From positions 1-42,135 of IMG/VR virus record IMGVR_UViG_2811994932_000001: a DNA stretch of 42,135 nt; one strand, 5' to 3'. Position 1 is the stretch's first letter, and every line of letters starts with the position of its first letter. A model generated the notes under the pieces. The model did no database searches. It was not told where the DNA came from and saw nothing but the letters and a program-made list of their open reading frames with translations. This stretch comes from a virus. Below are positions 40,964-42,135 of this stretch, piece by piece. A program made the position numbers and the translations under genes.

Positions 40964-42135
40964 CTCTCCTTCGCCGCCCGGATCCGCTCATCGATCAGCC
41001 GCTGCAGCGCCTCCGGGTGCGCGGCGACGCTGGACCGCATCGCGATCATCTCCGCCATCTGCCGCTGCATCCGGTCATACTTCTCCTGGAGGTCCTGATA
41101 ATCGGCCTCCACCTGCCGCAGTTGTGCCTCGTTGATCGGCTTGGTCTTAAAGATCCAAAGGACAGATTCCGCCGTCAGGTATGCCGTCTCGATCTCCTCC
41201 TCGGTCAGCCGCACATATGCCCCGCTGCAATATCCCTCGTGGCCGAGCATCTGCTCGACCGCGTCGATCGACGCACCGCCCTGGGGGAGCCGGGTCCGGA
41301 AATATTTCCGCATCACATGCAGCCTGAGCACATACCATCCGGTTGTCGGGTCCTTCTCGTCGAGCCCGCACTTCTCCAGGATCCGAACGTACTTGTCCCG
41401 CAACCCATTGTACGTGAGCGGGAACACCCGTTTCGTATTCCGCACAAACTCCTCCGGGACAGTATACCCGTCGATTTTTTCGGCGTATGCCGGATGATAG
41501 TGCATCCACTGCGTGAGGATCTCCCGGGCCTCGGAGGAGAGGTATGTGTCCCGAGGCTCCCCGGTCTTCGAGACCTCTTTCCGGATATGGATCTTCCCGC
41601 GCTCGAGGTCGATATCGCTCCATTCAATTCCGAGTCCTTCTCCCGGCCGCATCCCAGAGGACGTCAGCGCGAAGATATAGGCCCGCATCTGGAGGTCGGA
41701 GTGGTTCAGGATGTGCCGCAGTTCTTCCTGCGTGGGAGCGCGGTCTCGCGTCAAGGGCCGGCCGCCGACCTTGATCCGCCGGGTCATCTCCGCCGGGAGG
41801 TAGATGTGGTTCTCCGCGAGCCACGAGATGATGGCCGCCTTGTAGGTCGAGACCGAAGTGGGGGCCGCGTCCGCGTTCTCCCGGAGAAAGTCCCGGACGT
41901 CGTCCGCAAAATCGAACTCGTCATGGCCGTTGTTGAGGTATTCGAGGGCGAGGGTATCGTAGTGCTCGACGTCCACCAGCCCGCGCCCGCCCGGCGTGGT
42001 CCGTCGGATGTCCTCCTCCTCATTGATCCATGCGAGGAACTTCACCAGGGCCGACCGATACGAGCGGGCGGTATTTTTCGGCCGGCTCTTGACGAAGCGA
42101 GAAATATTGCGGGTTCTTTTTCGTGAGGGGTTCAT
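40960..42135 (-). CDS. int: Tyrosine integrase
   Basis: 391 aa; SGMRPGE, SKTG, LHVMRKY, MLGH, AYVR (R-K-H-R-H-Y catalytic set). Confidence 0.95.
   Translation of the reverse strand: MNPSRKRTRNISRFVKSRPKNTARSYRSALVKFLAWINEEEDIRRTTPGGRGLVDVEHYDTLALEYLNNGHDEFDFADDVRDFLRENADAAPTSVSTYKAAIISWLAENHIYLPAEMTRRIKVGGRPLTRDRAPTQEELRHILNHSDLQMRAYIFALTSSGMRPGEGLGIEWSDIDLERGKIHIRKEVSKTGEPRDTYLSSEAREILTQWMHYHPAYAEKIDGYTVPEEFVRNTKRVFPLTYNGLRDKYVRILEKCGLDEKDPTTGWYVLRLHVMRKYFRTRLPQGGASIDAVEQMLGHEGYCSGAYVRLTEEEIETAYLTAESVLWIFKTKPINEAQLRQVEADYQDLQEKYDRMQRQMAEMIAMRSSVAAHPEALQRLIDERIRAAKES

Larger units (their letters stand above)
1477..42135. mobile_element. Provirus of a contractile-tailed archaeal head-tail virus carrying a DGR
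   Basis: Integrase, terminase, portal, capsid, sheath, tube, tape measure, baseplate and replication genes in canonical order; right att lies outside the window. Confidence 0.92.

Noticed and set aside
481-42126. Long + strand ORFs antisense to real genes (e.g. 481-1329, 4575-5552, 7379-8470, 13183-14136, 15076-16158, 28119-29492, 41017-42126)
   Set aside because: Typical shadows of high-GC coding sequence, with no motifs and fully overlapping well-supported minus-strand genes
5841-42135. A second DGR target (additional VR)
   Set aside because: No further copy of TR-like sequence was noticed by eye; a nucleotide self-search would be needed to exclude a diverged one

Overview
An apparently near-complete temperate head-tail provirus with a contractile tail (about 1.5-42.1 kb) in a GC-rich methanogen chromosome. 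A Methanomicrobiales-like host is inferred from the flanking pscS/SepCysS gene, the archaeal-type integrase, the ribbon-helix-helix (RHH) regulators and an Hjc-like resolvase. Almost all genes lie on the minus strand in overlapping operons. From right to left: tyrosine integrase, divergent RHH switch, about 30 early genes (MazG-like, two methyltransferase-like genes, primase-helicase followed by an iteron origin, Hjc), terminase/portal/capsid, neck, sheath/tube/tape measure/baseplate, tail adhesin, and holin-like genes. The best-supported special feature is a complete diversity-generating retroelement (DGR) inside the tail operon: RT 2773-3837, template repeat 3993-4102 and variable repeat 4494-4603 at the C-terminus of the adhesin. 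All 19 TR/VR mismatches fall on template adenines. No Avd is recognisable; a small beta-rich gene with a possible ACG start occupies its slot. Other notable signals are a head-closure gene whose segments look internally permuted, a +1 (not -1) tail-chaperone frameshift, two matching late-promoter-like elements (4 x 9-bp repeats plus AATTCTGG at identical spacing) next to an unannotated RHH gene, and a tRNA 3' fragment at the left end in an unexpected context. All product names come from motif recognition and gene order only; no database searches were run.
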